Assembly: GCA_965644295.1 (NCBI GenBank)
Contig: CBFFRP010000507.1
Span: forward strand, 1-30,086
Direction: 5' to 3'
From: Paraphysomonas bandaiensis
Lineage: Eukaryota; Protista; Chrysophyceae
Length of the DNA: 30,086 nt
Under the pieces are notes generated by a model. The model saw only the letters and a program-made list of their open reading frames with translations. It searched no databases and was not told where the DNA came from. This document shows positions 10,269 to 21,800 of this stretch, piece after piece. The stretch's first letter is position 1; every line of letters starts with the position of its first letter. The translations under genes were made by a program, and so were the position numbers.

Positions 10269-12902
10269 AACTGGAGCAAACGTGGACTGCTCCTCCTCCG
10301 TTTTTTCTTGTAGATTCCCTAATGCAGTCAGCCGCGCCTTATACTTGACTACATTCACCAGAAGGTCTCTCTTCACCGTGTGAACATACTTTGCCCGCAC
10401 CAACTTCACTCCCCGTGGAGTCCGCACAATCTTTAAGACACGTCTCTTCAGTAGTGAGGTCTTCTCCACCTTCCGAGCTTCTCGCCACTTCATGTACTGT
10501 GGAGATCTCTCCGCTTCAGCATATGATTCTGGTATCTTAAAGTCATCATGTTTCAACTCTGCATGTTTCAAGTTAACAGTGTATGCATCTGGCACCTCAA
10601 CCATATTTATTTCTCCTAATACTGATGCGTTCGCCAACCTACGCTGTAGCCGTTTCCGCCGTACACGACCATCACCATCTAGTTCAATAGGTCGTCTAGT
10701 AGATATATACGAACCCATACCTTGCTCATCCTGAGCCCGCAAATCTTGCGGTGTGGGAGGAGCCCCGCTCGCATCCCCAGACCCACGGTCTGTCGAGGTC
10801 TGCAACCTCACGACTGTCTGTTGACAGGTTGGGTCAGGACTCTCCTGGAACCCTCCAGGTCTTCCCTGGTCCAGCTCCCTGGCTGGCGTAGTACTCAGGG
10901 CGTCCCCCTTTCCTATGTACCCGGTATTCCCGGGGGTTTCTGCAGTCATACGCACTACGTCTTGGACGTGTATAGGCACCCGGTGCTCTATATGCTCACG
11001 ACCTGCAGTAACAAGTGAACGGTATGCTACAATCACACCCTTACGTTCTACAATCAACTCTTGTTGTCTTATACAGAAGTCCGTCCTCATCATCAATATG
11101 ATACGTTCCTTCTAAGCTGGCATAGTCGGATGCAAGCTTGGGTCTAGCGGCCTCCCGCACTCGAAGAGCATCAATCTCTGCAAAATACTTCTCTGATCGT
11201 GATGGCGTTGATTCATCAGTCAATATATGGACTGTAGTCACCACCTTGTTTGATTCAGGAAGATATACATGGTATCCTACCTTCTTCTCATCAGAGTAAC
11301 CCATTAAATATCCAACTAGAGCCTTATCCTCCCAGTCCTTTTGTCGATCTGCCTTCGGTGAAAGAACATAAGTTCGACACCCCCATACCCTAAGATATCT
11401 CAAATTTGGAGGCTCACCCGTTAGAAACTCTATAGGAGACATATACCCTTTATCTGTTTTCGTTGGCAATCGAATCAAAATATATCTGGCTGCCATGTAT
11501 GCATCCAGCCAAAATTGTGGTGGCAGTCCAGATTGGATTAACATTGCAAGGGTCATCTCTCCAGCAGTTCTGAACTTCCTTTCCTCTATGGCATTCATCT
11601 CCGGAGAGTCTGTTGAGCTCCATGTATGTTTATAGCACTCCTGTGACCTAAGATACTGACGCAGCTCCTGTGACCTAAGATACTGACGCAGCTCTTCACT
11701 GATTAATTCTCCTGCACCATCTGCATGGTAATGCTCCATCTTGAGCTTGTACCTTTTAACATCTCCTCTAAACAGCTCTTTGAAGACTTCTAATACCGCT
11801 TCCCCAGTTCTGTTGACTAGACCCGTCGCCCAGAACATTTTGCTTGCATGATGCGTTATTTTCAACACATACCTCTCTCCTCCTCTAGCAGGACAATTTA
11901 AAAACACAGCTATATCTGCTGAAAAATTCGGTCTAACGGAATTCTCGTCCTTCGTTCGGAAGCTGACTCGGGTTATTTTAGACCTGGCACACACATCACA
12001 CAAACACTGATTTTTGTGTACCTTGGCAGTAAGGTGTTTTCGTTTCAACCCCGTGCCCATGATGAGCATCCTCTTATGTGCCTCCACTAAGACATGTTTG
12101 TTGAAGTGACCTGCTCTCCGATGCAGCAATTCCAGCTCGTCCTCACCAGTCCTATCATCTTCATCAGAGAAATCTGCTGGTTCTCCACGCCGTATATTCT
12201 CTACTGTTAGAAGCTTTTTATCTGGTTTCCTTCGATTCTTCGCTATCTCTCCTCTTCGTTTCCTCGCCGTTGGAAAGTCAGAGGCAAGATGCTCCATGGA
12301 CTTGCAATTCCTACATCCTGTATACTCTGCACTTCCAGGACGCTGACCAGTTATATCTCCATCCTTCTTCCTCTGCTTCCTCCTGCACTGTTCAGTTGAA
12401 TGGCTATGAGGAATTCCTTCTTTTTCCTGCAATATCTACAATTGCCCTTCTTACGCTTATCCCGTTCTGTTCGAGACCGTTTGCTCTTTTCAATGAAATT
12501 CAGCTCCTCCACCTTCTTGCGTTTCCGCTCTAACGCAATCCTTCCAGGAATGGTATCATCATACCGTTCTATCTTCCTTGATAATGTTGCATAATCAACA
12601 TCATCCGGCATCAAGTACAAAGCAACATTCAAAGGAGCATATTCTTCATTCAACAGACCTTCTCGTAACCGTGTTATATTTGAGAGCTCCGATATGTCCT
12701 GCTGCTGCTCCTGTAGCTCTTTCAGCAGTATTTCAAACCGTATTATATAGTCCTTCGCAGTCTCCTCCGGACGCATACGGAAAGAGCCATACTGAGTCAA
12801 CAGCTCACTGATCTTGTTTTGCTTCCCTCCAGCAAAGCACTTCTTCAACTCATCAATCATAATATGCGCCTTAAACCTGTTGCTTCCTCTTCCATCAGCA
12901 CA
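10269..12902 (-). pseudogene. Truncated Ty1/copia gag-pol (partial gag, zinc knuckles, GAG-pre-integrase, integrase, start of RT)
   Basis: ORFs 12351-12860, 11041-12432 and 10266-11096 join through frameshifts: FRMRPEETAKDYIIRF (gag), CRNCKSMEH, LLHRRAGH..CDVC, HADGAGE..PEMNAIEER, LRVWGC, PESYAEA..KYKARLTALG..STFAPV. Cut by LTR A; no LTR and no recognisable protease. Confidence 0.9.
11638..11694. repeat. 27-bp tandem duplication inside the copia integrase
   Basis: ctcctgtgacctaagatactgacgcag x2, duplicating ELRQYLRSQ in frame. Confidence 0.9.
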
Positions 12903-12953
12903 TCAGAGTAGGAATGTTATCAATCGATATCTGTTTTTATATCTCTTCAACAG

Positions 12954-13160
12954 AGCTTTGTCATTATATCTATCGTCGTGGCGATATTCACTGCTCCTAT
13001 TAACCTGCTGTGAGTACTTAATAATTATAATGTCGTCGTTGTGTGACTGTTACTTGTTTTAGCGTTGATTTCTTATTTATCGAAGTTCTATCGGCACCAA
13101 CAGCGAATGCTTTGAATGTGCGATCCGCAGATGAAACTGTGTTGAGAAACGCAATTCGCA
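12954..13160 (+). pseudogene. Two host exons with a 53-nt GT-AG intron (13010-13062), hydrophobic membrane segment
   Basis: Acceptor tctcttcaacag ends at 12953; donor gtgagt at 13010; acceptor ttgttttag ends at 13062. The spliced frame reads SFVIISIVVAIFTAPINLLVDFLFIEVLSAPTANAL and stops at ~13177. Confidence 0.6.
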
Positions 13161-14127
13161 TTGGTAACGAAATTTAAGTTTGCAGCCTCTGAATGGAGTG
13201 ACGACGACATCCCATTATCTTATGAATTTGCCTATATAGAGACACACATTAGTAAAGTTGTTCACGGGCGATCAGAGTATTCCTTTGCAACGTCATTGCT
13301 TCCTCCAGGTAGACCGAATGATGACTTATTGCTGTGTCAAGTGCGAGTGTTTGATGTGCTCAATGCATATAGCTCTGAATCAGTGTCGTTAATAGTTAAC
13401 GACCCCCAGATGACATCGTCGGCTCTATTGCGCACGATGGGGCATCTGATAAGCTCCAGTGATGGTAATATTGATGCTCAGAAGGAGACTTTATCTGTTG
13501 TGAGTTCCGTGCTGAACCGTAGGAATTGCTCCAGTGCTCCTCGGTGCTCAAATTTTAATCGAAATGGCTGCAGTGCTGTTGCAAATACTTGCGGGAATTG
13601 CTTACTGGGATATTTCGGTACTGATGGTGACGATAATTCAATGTGCCACCACCTGAGCAGTCTTGCTGTTTTTGTACCATCAAGGTTACCTTCTTTGTGT
13701 ATGTCCGACTTCGACTGTGCCCCATGGGAATTTTGCTACGAAAATTCGATGAATGGGTTTCCGGTGTGCAATATAAAGCTGAAGGAATGTAAGGGTGGGT
13801 GTTCTGGTCACGGCATCTGCTTTTTTAGAGATCGCAATACCAGGTTAGAAATAAATGCATGCTTTATGAGCGACTATACTTGTGAGGCTGTTTGCATATG
13901 CGAAAGCGGGTTTACAGGGAGTAATTGTGGCATGCACTACGAAGATTTTCTTGTTAAGCGGAATATTCGCAGTCAACTTGCATTCCTTTTGTACAATATT
14001 TCAAGGGTTGATGATGATTCAGCGGATAATATTGCATCGTGGGAATCATCATTGTCTTCAATCACCCAAAACGTCCAAGAAATTTCTGTAGACATGGCTC
14101 GTGTAACGCTGAGTGTGGTGTCCTCTA
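13161..14127 (+). pseudogene. Host gene fragment: REJ/PKD-like segment plus Cys-rich EGF-like repeats, cut by LTR B
   Basis: TKFKFAASEWSDDDIPLSYEFAY resembles REJ-domain motifs; CSGHGIC...CICESGFTGSNC is EGF-like. No ATG start; the stop comes from the LTR. Confidence 0.65.
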
Positions 14128-14583
14128 TGTGATGTTTCTGAGAACTAGAAACACGTGAAAGACAAAAAGCTCTTACTAAAAACGTTTTAACAGATTTAGA
14201 GTGCACGCCAGCGGGCTGCTACACTGTTAAGTCTACCAGCGGGTAGAACTCCTCCACACAAACGCAAACCGCGAATGAGCTTAATTGAATCGTTATTAAA
14301 ACGTTATATAGAAAAGAATGAGTAACACAGCTATACATCTCTACAGTGTAACACACACATACACATACATCATGTTCAGCATTTCACTTCAACACACAAC
14401 ACACCCGATTAGAAGTATTTTATCCGGTATGCATGTACAGCTTCAACACTCTGAGAGTAGAAACTGAAAATAAAACTGAAAACTGAAAATACTAACACAC
14501 TCTGTACGTGTTAGAGAGTACAACAGAAGAGTAACATATCATACTACTAATAACGCAGTATAAGTAACCAGTACTGCGTGACA
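14128..14583 (-). repeat. Family B 3' LTR
   Basis: Direct repeat of 20469-20924, TG...CA termini. Confidence 0.95.
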
Positions 14584-14586
14584 CTA

Positions 14587-14601
14587 CCCTCTTTTCCCCC
14601 C
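14587..14601 (-). promoter_or_regulatory. Polypurine tract (B)
   Basis: Minus strand GGGGGGAAAAGAGGG then TAG immediately before the LTR TG. Confidence 0.9.
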
Positions 14602-14814
14602 AGCTGAAGAAATTAGATTGTGAATACAGATACTGTGATTCATGTATGCAAATACTTAAATCGGCCATACTAGATAGCGTCATTCTAAGTATAAACAAAC
14701 AAAATCAGATTCAAACATATTAGATTGAAAATAAACTAGGTAGACAAGGTAGTATTGTAATATAAATAAAAGAATATTATAAATATGATTTCAAAATAGA
14801 AGAATAAAACCTGT

Positions 14815-17800
14815 TTACAAGAGTATATCAGGAAATCTCTTGCAAAACTCCGCATCGACCAACACCATAATAGAAGAGTCAAATGTAGTAACTCGACCGT
14901 AGCAATGAACGTCATAGGCACTCCATTCATATGTAGACCGAAACAAAGGGCAATATAGATCAATACGCAATTTACGACGACCCGCCCACCGTACATAGTT
15001 ACACTCCACAACATAAATAGTCGTATAACAATTCGGTAAGTCTAGTGTATCATAAAAATCGGCACCCCAAGCACGCAAATCTACATAAATAGTTTGACCA
15101 GGAGACACTCCCTCAATAGGAATACGTTTCATACGAGTACGTTCAGCTTTAGCCATGGTAGCAGTAAATAGTAACGGAAAAAGATATGGTCGTTGTTCAC
15201 AGTATAATTGGAAATGTGAAGTAGAGGAAATATCTAGGGACCATGGTATCCACAACAAAGAACCATCCTCAAACTGTACTTGAAAATCCATTGTAGTACG
15301 CACTTCAGGATCTCCTCTATGAGCAACGATAGAACGCACTGTATGTTGGTTGAAATCAATTTGGGCTACACGATATGCATCTTCAAGTGTTCCAAAAAAC
15401 GGTTTAAGCCATGACATGTGCAATACCACTTCAAAACGCATGACAATATGAACACATGTAACATCAGCTTTATAAGTTGACACCACTTCATAAGGTCCCT
15501 TAAAACGAGGATATAACTTCGTAGGCTTGTGGCGCTTTGGATTTAATTGGAATAATACAAGTTGGCCCGGTTGATATTGGGTTAAGCTCTCAACTGGCGT
15601 CTTAGATTTACGCTTGTTTTGTATCTTACGCTGAACCTCATTTGCAATTTCACGAATCGTCTCAAGATGTTCATTAAACTTGGCAATATACTCCATAGCG
15701 CTACTCACATTAACATTATCCGTTAATTTAAAGTATGGCATAGCAGCAGTACCAAATGTAAACTCAAATGGCGACAAACCAGTCTCACTGCTAACTTCAT
15801 CATTAAGAATGAACTGAATCAGTAAGTAACATTCTGGATCTCCCCATACATCCTGTAAACGTTCATCATGCACCAATGCACTTAGAAACCTTAGCGTCTC
15901 TTGATGAGTTCTCTCAACCATATTTGATTCATGTCGATCTACTAAAGACATTCGAAAACGCACACCAAACCATTTCAAAAGCAATTGTACAACCTCTGCT
16001 GTAATATTAGATCCAGGATCTGATATCATAACTTCTGATATTCCATATGTAACAAAATAACTGAACAATGCACGTGCGACTCCAACCGCTTTGTAATCCT
16101 TAGCTGGATAAAGACCGATTAAACGAGAAGGCATCTGTTTGACAACATGTATGCAGCAATGTCCATACTTGTCCGGCGGTGAAACTGTAAGCGTATCAAA
16201 ACCTACAAATTGACGACAATGCTCTGAGTCAAGTGCTCTAATCGGCGCTTGTAATGAAGTACTCATACCCGCATTCAGTTTCTGGCATATTGGACAACGA
16301 TCAATCAAATCTTGAATAACTTCCGTAGTTATTGTATGTCCAGGAAATACTTTAGACAATTTCAACCATGTCCTCTTAGTACCATGATGCCCCATACGAC
16401 CGTTATGAACCAAATCAAACGCTTCCTTAACTGATTTAGGCCGTAAATTTTGACTCGCTAGTTCTTCCAGAGCTGCTATGATCTCTGAAGAAAATACAGC
16501 ACAACATGCTATATCATCTGATTCAGAACTCCATTCTCCTATACAATTTAATTCAATCAGTTGATCCTCCGGTAGCAAATCTGTATTCTCAAATATAACA
16601 ATTTCCCCATATATTAGACTCTCCTCAGGAAAACAGTCTATACTTATGGACAACAACATAACATGAGCCACAGCCGATTCCTGATCTTTACGAGATAACC
16701 AATCAGCAAATCTGTTTAACTTTCCCTTGAAATGAAGCAAGTCGAAATTGAAATTCTGTATAAACATCCGCATGCGTACTATTCTGTCAACAACCGAAAC
16801 TTCCATCCATTTAAGATTGGCGTGATCCGTCATGATCGTGAACTTTTTACCTCTCAAATAATACGACAAAGCATATACACAAAAGAATATTCCAAAACAC
16901 TCCTTGTCAATAGTGGACCACTTCAATGTTGGTTCCGAAAATTTCTTCGACACCATTGCAATTACTTGATAGAATTCTTGACCATTGGCGTCAATAAAAA
17001 TTTGTAACAACACACCTCCACATGCATAAAACGAAGCATCTGTCATCAAGATCCATCTTAAAGAGTAGTCGGGATGATACAGAGTAAGAGATTTTAAAAT
17101 CGCCTCTTTAAATCTACTAAATTCCTCCCTGTAATTTACTTTCCAACAGTTTTCATTCCAGTCAAAATTCTTCTTCGTCATGTCATGTAACTTATGAGTA
17201 AGGTCACTATATAACGGAATAAAAGGTTTAAAATATATTGCCGCTCCAAGAAATCTCTGCATTTGTTTCGTCTTGTTTTTCCCTTCTGGAAATTCAATTG
17301 CAGTTACTGATAATTTTCGGGCCTCAGTTAATTGGTAAGTGTTGTCCTTACAAAGATAGCCGAAAAATTCCACTGATGAATAGCCAAATTTGCTTTTCGA
17401 CAATTTCAACACGACGTTATAATAAGTACATTTTTTAATAACTTTCTTGAACTTCTCAATAGCATCCTGATAGTCATGCGCTAACACCAGTAAGTTGTCA
17501 AATATCACTACCATCCACTCTGAGAATTCATTGAAAATATCAGACACTACATGCATCAAAACTCCACTTGCCGGAGAAACTCCCTCTGGCATAAACTTTG
17601 GTTCGAACTGGCCCCATGGAGTTTGAACTGACAACAGTGCTGAAACTGATTCATGAAGTCTAATCCCATGGAAAGCATTACAAATATCCAAATCAATGAA
17701 CACCTTATACCCAGCTGCTTTATGTAATTCTTTTATAACATCTGGTATGGGATAATGCGGACTTTCAATCTCTAAATTAACACGCCTGTAATCACCACAT

Positions 17801-18777
17801 ATTCGAATAAAAGGTTTCGTAGCCTTGGGTGCTACTACAATTGGAGATGCATAAGGACTCGTACTGGGACGATAAAAGTATCCGCACATCCTATTGAACT
17901 CCTCCTTCGTACGTTCATATAACATAGGTGGTATCCTTCTCATATTCTTGGGTTTAATTCTATCAGGAATAGTACTTTTCACCTTTAATTTTAACTCAGG
18001 AACATGCTGAATTCCAGTCCACTCTCTAGGAACAAAAACATCAACTGCATCCTCTCTCAAAACTCTCAATATATCAGTTTGTTGAGCGAAATCAGGATGT
18101 ACTTTTGATTCTAGTTCACTAAAATATTTCTCCCTAGCCTCATTCACTGACTGTTCCAAAAAAGTCACTAAACTTCCAAAACTACATGGTTCAGGAATCA
18201 TATCATCTTCCTCTGACTGTTCTGGAATTGGATTCTCCCATGGATTACAGACTGGTCCTGACGACATATATCTCCTAAGTTCGTCAATGTCATCCCCAAT
18301 ATTGGCAAGAACTTCTATTTCACTTAAATTAACAGATTGTTCAACACTCAGTGATGCTTTCTTAATCATATTCATAAATAGTTCGGAAAAATGCTCACAG
18401 ATTGCCGGTAATCCTATAATAATGTCCTTTGCCAAACCGTCCAAAACATACAGTGAAAGTTGTGCTTTGTAGGTCTTACCATCATCTTCGAAAGCAATTG
18501 TAACAGGAATATACCCTTGTAGTTCAATCTGATGTCCGTCTGCTACTTTGACCCTCAATTTTTTATGTACCATATCCTTTAACAATTTGTCCCCACACTT
18601 CTTAACAAAATTTGATGAAATAAAATTATCCGAAGATGATCCGGAATCAAATAAAACCATTTCCACATTAATCTTATCACCACAGTTATTTATTATCATT
18701 CCTTGCCTATGTACAGCATTACGAAATCTGCTGGAAGTATCATTGTAATTTCGCATAGCTGCTATCACTGATTGTGC
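14815..18777 (-). CDS. pol: Pol (family B): protease, RT, RNase H, integrase, chromodomain-like, extra C-terminal domain; in frame with gag
   Basis: LFDSGS; RICGDY, DLDICNAFHG, MPEG, IFDN; TDAS, TDH, ADWLSR; HNGRMGH..CPIC, D..D..E, GPY. Confidence 0.95.
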   Translation of the reverse strand, partial: AQSVIAAMRNYNDTSSRFRNAVHRQGMIINNCGDKINVEMVLFDSGSSSDNFISSNFVKKCGDKLLKDMVHKKLRVKVADGHQIELQGYIPVTIAFEDDGKTYKAQLSLYVLDGLAKDIIIGLPAICEHFSELFMNMIKKASLSVEQSVNLSEIEVLANIGDDIDELRRYMSSGPVCNPWENPIPEQSEEDDMIPEPCSFGSLVTFLEQSVNEAREKYFSELESKVHPDFAQQTDILRVLREDAVDVFVPREWTGIQHVPELKLKVKSTIPDRIKPKNMRRIPPMLYERTKEEFNRMCGYFYRPSTSPYASPIVVAPKATKPFIRICGDYRRVNLEIESPHYPIPDVIKELHKAAGYKVFIDLDICNAFHGIRLHESVSALLSVQTPWGQFEPKFMPEGVSPASGVLMHVVSDIFNEFSEWMVVIFDNLLVLAHDYQDAIEKFKKVIKKCTYYNVVLKLSKSKFGYSSVEFFGYLCKDNTYQLTEARKLSVTAIEFPEGKNKTKQMQRFLGAAIYFKPFIPLYSDLTHKLHDMTKKNFDWNENCWKVNYREEFSRFKEAILKSLTLYHPDYSLRWILMTDASFYACGGVLLQIFIDANGQEFYQVIAMVSKKFSEPTLKWSTIDKECFGIFFCVYALSYYLRGKKFTIMTDHANLKWMEVSVVDRIVRMRMFIQNFNFDLLHFKGKLNRFADWLSRKDQESAVAHVMLLSISIDCFPEESLIYGEIVIFENTDLLPEDQLIELNCIGEWSSESDDIACCAVFSSEIIAALEELASQNLRPKSVKEAFDLVHNGRMGHHGTKRTWLKLSKVFPGHTITTEVIQDLIDRCPICQKLNAGMSTSLQAPIRALDSEHCRQFVGFDTLTVSPPDKYGHCCIHVVKQMPSRLIGLYPAKDYKAVGVARALFSYFVTYGISEVMISDPGSNITAEVVQLLLKWFGVRFRMSLVDRHESNMVERTHQETLRFLSALVHDERLQDVWGDPECYLLIQFILNDEVSSETGLSPFEFTFGTAAMPYFKLTDNVNVSSAMEYIAKFNEHLETIREIANEVQRKIQNKRKSKTPVESLTQYQPGQLVLFQLNPKRHKPTKLYPRFKGPYEVVSTYKADVTCVHIVMRFEVVLHMSWLKPFFGTLEDAYRVAQIDFNQHTVRSIVAHRGDPEVRTTMDFQVQFEDGSLLWIPWSLDISSTSHFQLYCEQRPYLFPLLFTATMAKAERTRMKRIPIEGVSPGQTIYVDLRAWGADFYDTLDLPNCYTTIYVVECNYVRWAGRRKLRIDLYCPLFRSTYEWSAYDVHCYGRVTTFDSSIMVLVDAEFCKRFPDILL

Positions 18778-20400
18778 TCAAAGGTCATCCAAAGGATTGT
18801 CATCTCCTTGTTGATCCTCTTCAATATCAAGTTGATCTCTGGTAAGGATACGTACATCTCCAGGACGCTTAACATCACCTGGATTCCTTTTTAATTGCCC
18901 TGGGTTACCACCAAAACGGCGTTGAGGAGGCGTTGTTAGACTTGGCCTTGGCATTACCACCATACCCATTTTCGTGTTCATGACTTTCAAAGCATCAATG
19001 AGAATAGCCTTATCATGAGAAAATTTACATGATTTGTCTTTGCAACCTCCCTCTTGCATCATTTCTCTAAAACATGGAGCAGATTTCTGTGCTTCAACAG
19101 TTGCCAGCAAATCCTCTTCATGTTTTAGTACGCATAACTCATCATCAATAATTTCCTCCTCGTCACAATACTCATTTACGTCATCAACATGTTTGAGTTC
19201 CTTAACTTTCTTATTATCCTTATCACTCGAAAACTTAAATCGACTCTTAAACTGATTATACTTCTCATGTAATTCTCGAGTAATTTTCCAGATTTTAAAA
19301 AACTCAGACAAAAACAGTTGCACAGAAGTAAAGTTTTCTGTCCTCAAAAGTCTTCTGAAAGTATCACGCATGCAATAAGGAATCAAACTAAACCATTCAG
19401 CTAAAGAACCACCTCTCTTAGTTGTAATCAGAGGAATACTATCTCTCAGGTCATTCTGCTTGGCTGCTTCCTCTAGAAACTCATACCTCTGTAAGAACTT
19501 AGTTTCCAGAATACAAAGATCCTCGTCAACCTTACGAAAATTCTCCAACTTTTCCATTGAGACTTTATACGACTCACATGACGAAGCTAACATTTTGTTG
19601 AATTGCATCACATCAAATGGCCTAAAATGACGTCTTGCTGCCGCAATAAGATCCGTAATACTGGCATCATTACATTCAATCTGACTAGGATACACATTGG
19701 GTTTAATTTCCTTAAGAGTATGCCTAATCAACTCCTTAGCCCTTCCATCCAACAACGCATAAACTGATGGTATAGGTCTATTACGATTCATTTTCTCAAA
19801 CTCCGCAATTTTCTCCAAAAACACCAAGAAACCATCAAGAGTAATTACTGACAGCTTTATACCATACTTCTTTGGATCCTTTTCTGCTGCTACTGTAACC
19901 TCACTTGAACCGTTTCTCTCAATTTCCTGTAAAGCTTCTTGCAATGTAAGACGCTGATGTGTACCCACTGGCCGCTCATCTTCTGATTTAAGAGCCAATG
20001 TCGCATTCATAACACCTTCACGCACAGCATTCTCAATACGTGTCTGCAACAAATCAGGGTCTATATACTGCTGCTCACGCTGTTCAATTGCTGTAACTAC
20101 AGGCTCTAGTCCAACAACTTCATTACCATTTGATTTCGACTCTTCGAATGGTATTTCTGAGAACTGATCAGCTTGTACGATTTCTGAATTTGCTCTCGAT
20201 GACCTTCCAGACCTCCTCTGTCGAAGCTCCTCGAGACTCTGTTGAACATACTGATTGAACACCTGTTGCTCGTGATAACGTTGCTCATTACGTTGTTCAC
20301 GTTGCTCATTACGTTGTTCTATATTATCCAAACGCTGAAACAGTTGCTGGATATACAGTGGAATCCGCTCCTCCTCAGCTCCATCATCTGTTCCCTCCAT
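18778..20400 (-). CDS. gag: Gag (family B) with CCCH zinc finger
   Basis: Position upstream of pol; first ATG at 20400; C-x9-C-x4-C-x3-H at 19074-19015; EQRN repeats in an N-terminal coiled coil. Confidence 0.87.
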   Translation of the reverse strand: MEGTDDGAEEERIPLYIQQLFQRLDNIEQRNEQREQRNEQRYHEQQVFNQYVQQSLEELRQRRSGRSSRANSEIVQADQFSEIPFEESKSNGNEVVGLEPVVTAIEQREQQYIDPDLLQTRIENAVREGVMNATLALKSEDERPVGTHQRLTLQEALQEIERNGSSEVTVAAEKDPKKYGIKLSVITLDGFLVFLEKIAEFEKMNRNRPIPSVYALLDGRAKELIRHTLKEIKPNVYPSQIECNDASITDLIAAARRHFRPFDVMQFNKMLASSCESYKVSMEKLENFRKVDEDLCILETKFLQRYEFLEEAAKQNDLRDSIPLITTKRGGSLAEWFSLIPYCMRDTFRRLLRTENFTSVQLFLSEFFKIWKITRELHEKYNQFKSRFKFSSDKDNKKVKELKHVDDVNEYCDEEEIIDDELCVLKHEEDLLATVEAQKSAPCFREMMQEGGCKDKSCKFSHDKAILIDALKVMNTKMGMVVMPRPSLTTPPQRRFGGNPGQLKRNPGDVKRPGDVRILTRDQLDIEEDQQGDDNPLDDL

Positions 20401-20457
20401 AACACTCAAAATGAATTAAACTCAACAATATTCAATGTTTACTGTTCTTCTACTCAG

Positions 20458-20469
20458 AGTAATATTACT
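20458..20469 (-). promoter_or_regulatory. Palindrome AGTAATATTACT at the primer-binding-site position (B)
   Basis: Perfect 12-nt palindrome overlapping the last LTR base; an identical copy lies at 2421-2432 in B'. Function is inferred. Confidence 0.7.
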
Positions 20470-20924
20470 GTGATGTTTCTGAGAACTAGAAACACGTGAA
20501 AGACAAAAAGCTCTTACTAAAAACGTTTTAACAGATTTAGAGTGCACGCCAGCGGGCTGCTACACTGTTAAGTCTACCAGCGGGTAGAACTCCTCCACAC
20601 AAACGCAAACCGCGAATGAGCTTAATTGAATCGTTATTAAAACGTTATATAGAAAAGAATGAGTAACACAGCTATACATCTCTACAGTGTAACACACACA
20701 TACACATACATCATGTTCAGCATTTCACTTCAACACACAACACACCCGATTAGAAGTATTTTATCCGGTATGCATGTACAGCTTCAACACTCTGAGAGTA
20801 GAAACTGAAAATAAAACTGAAAACTGAAAATACTAACACACTCTGTACGTGTTAGAGAGTACAACAGAAGAGTAACATATCATACTACTAATAACGCAGT
20901 ATAAGTAACCAGTACTGCGTGACA
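20469..20924 (-). repeat. Family B 5' LTR
   Basis: Direct repeat of 14128-14583. Confidence 0.95.
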
Positions 20925-21638
20925 CTTCGGTCGATGTGAAACCTGCTGCAAATTTATATCAAAGTTATGTGGGCCCGTATTCCTGTATAGCAGTTGCAGT
21001 ATATACTTCCATATACATACATACATGTATTACCCATACTACCCTATAGGGGGGCAAGTACATGTGACCATCATAAGAGGGAAGTCGCTATTGTTCACTT
21101 GAGGTGCACGAGTGTTTATGCAAGGCTTATTGGGGTTCGATTGCAAATGTGGTGTGCGTACTATACGTACTATACGTACTGTATTTATGTATTTCCTGGA
21201 TTATGGGGTTTTCGGTCTCTGGTAGGGTATAGATACGTAGTATACGGTGTACTCTCGGCATATGCTGGTGAGTCACTCCCTATCAGGTTGCTGTGTATTT
21301 TTCAGTTTTGATTGAAGAGTTACGCAACCTGTGGTGGTGTGATGACACCACGTGTGTTGTACCATGTTAGGAGTGTGTGTGTGCATATATGCTTCTATGG
21401 TGTTTATCACTTGTTTTAAGTTAGACCAAAGCTTGGTGCTAGTGATCTTGGGTGCCGGCGGTATACCATTGCGCGGTGGCTCTTTGCGGGAGTCACTAAC
21501 TAAGTTTAGGTCTAGACTTAGAAAAGTGTTTTAATAATAATACCGTTATTACTGTTCTTTGTTGGTTCAGTGTAGGTGTTATTGTAGTTTTATTGTTTAC
21601 GAGCCAACACCCTGGTTATCAAACCGGGTGTTGTTATA
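20925..21638 (+). repeat. Family C LTR, 5'-truncated (solo or 3' LTR)
   Basis: Aligns to 24024-24739 with scattered substitutions and small indels; ends GTTGTTATA; not followed by the palindrome. Confidence 0.9.
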
Positions 21639-21800
21639 TAGAAGAGAATGAACAAAAGAATAACAAAGAGAAGCTTAAACAAATGAAGGCTGTAGAACTA
21701 GATGATGATGATATAGATGATTTAATGAAAATGATATAAAATATATTGAATAATAAAAATGGTTAAAAAAATAAAAATATATTATATATATATATAATAT

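Larger units (their letters stand above)
14128..20924 (-). mobile_element. Ty3/gypsy LTR retrotransposon, family B, apparently intact
   Basis: 456 bp LTRs (TGTCAC...ATCACA on the minus strand) that look identical by eye; gag, pol and PPT present. Flanks ctcta and cttcg are not a TSD. Confidence 0.95.

Noticed and set aside
16-12902. The two copia pieces as halves of one element split by A
   Set aside because: They are on opposite strands, and both contain an integrase and the same N-terminal RT region with different sequences.
18775-18783. CTT TGA as a prfB-like +1 frameshift site
   Set aside because: Pol is in the same frame as gag, so a frameshift would miss it.
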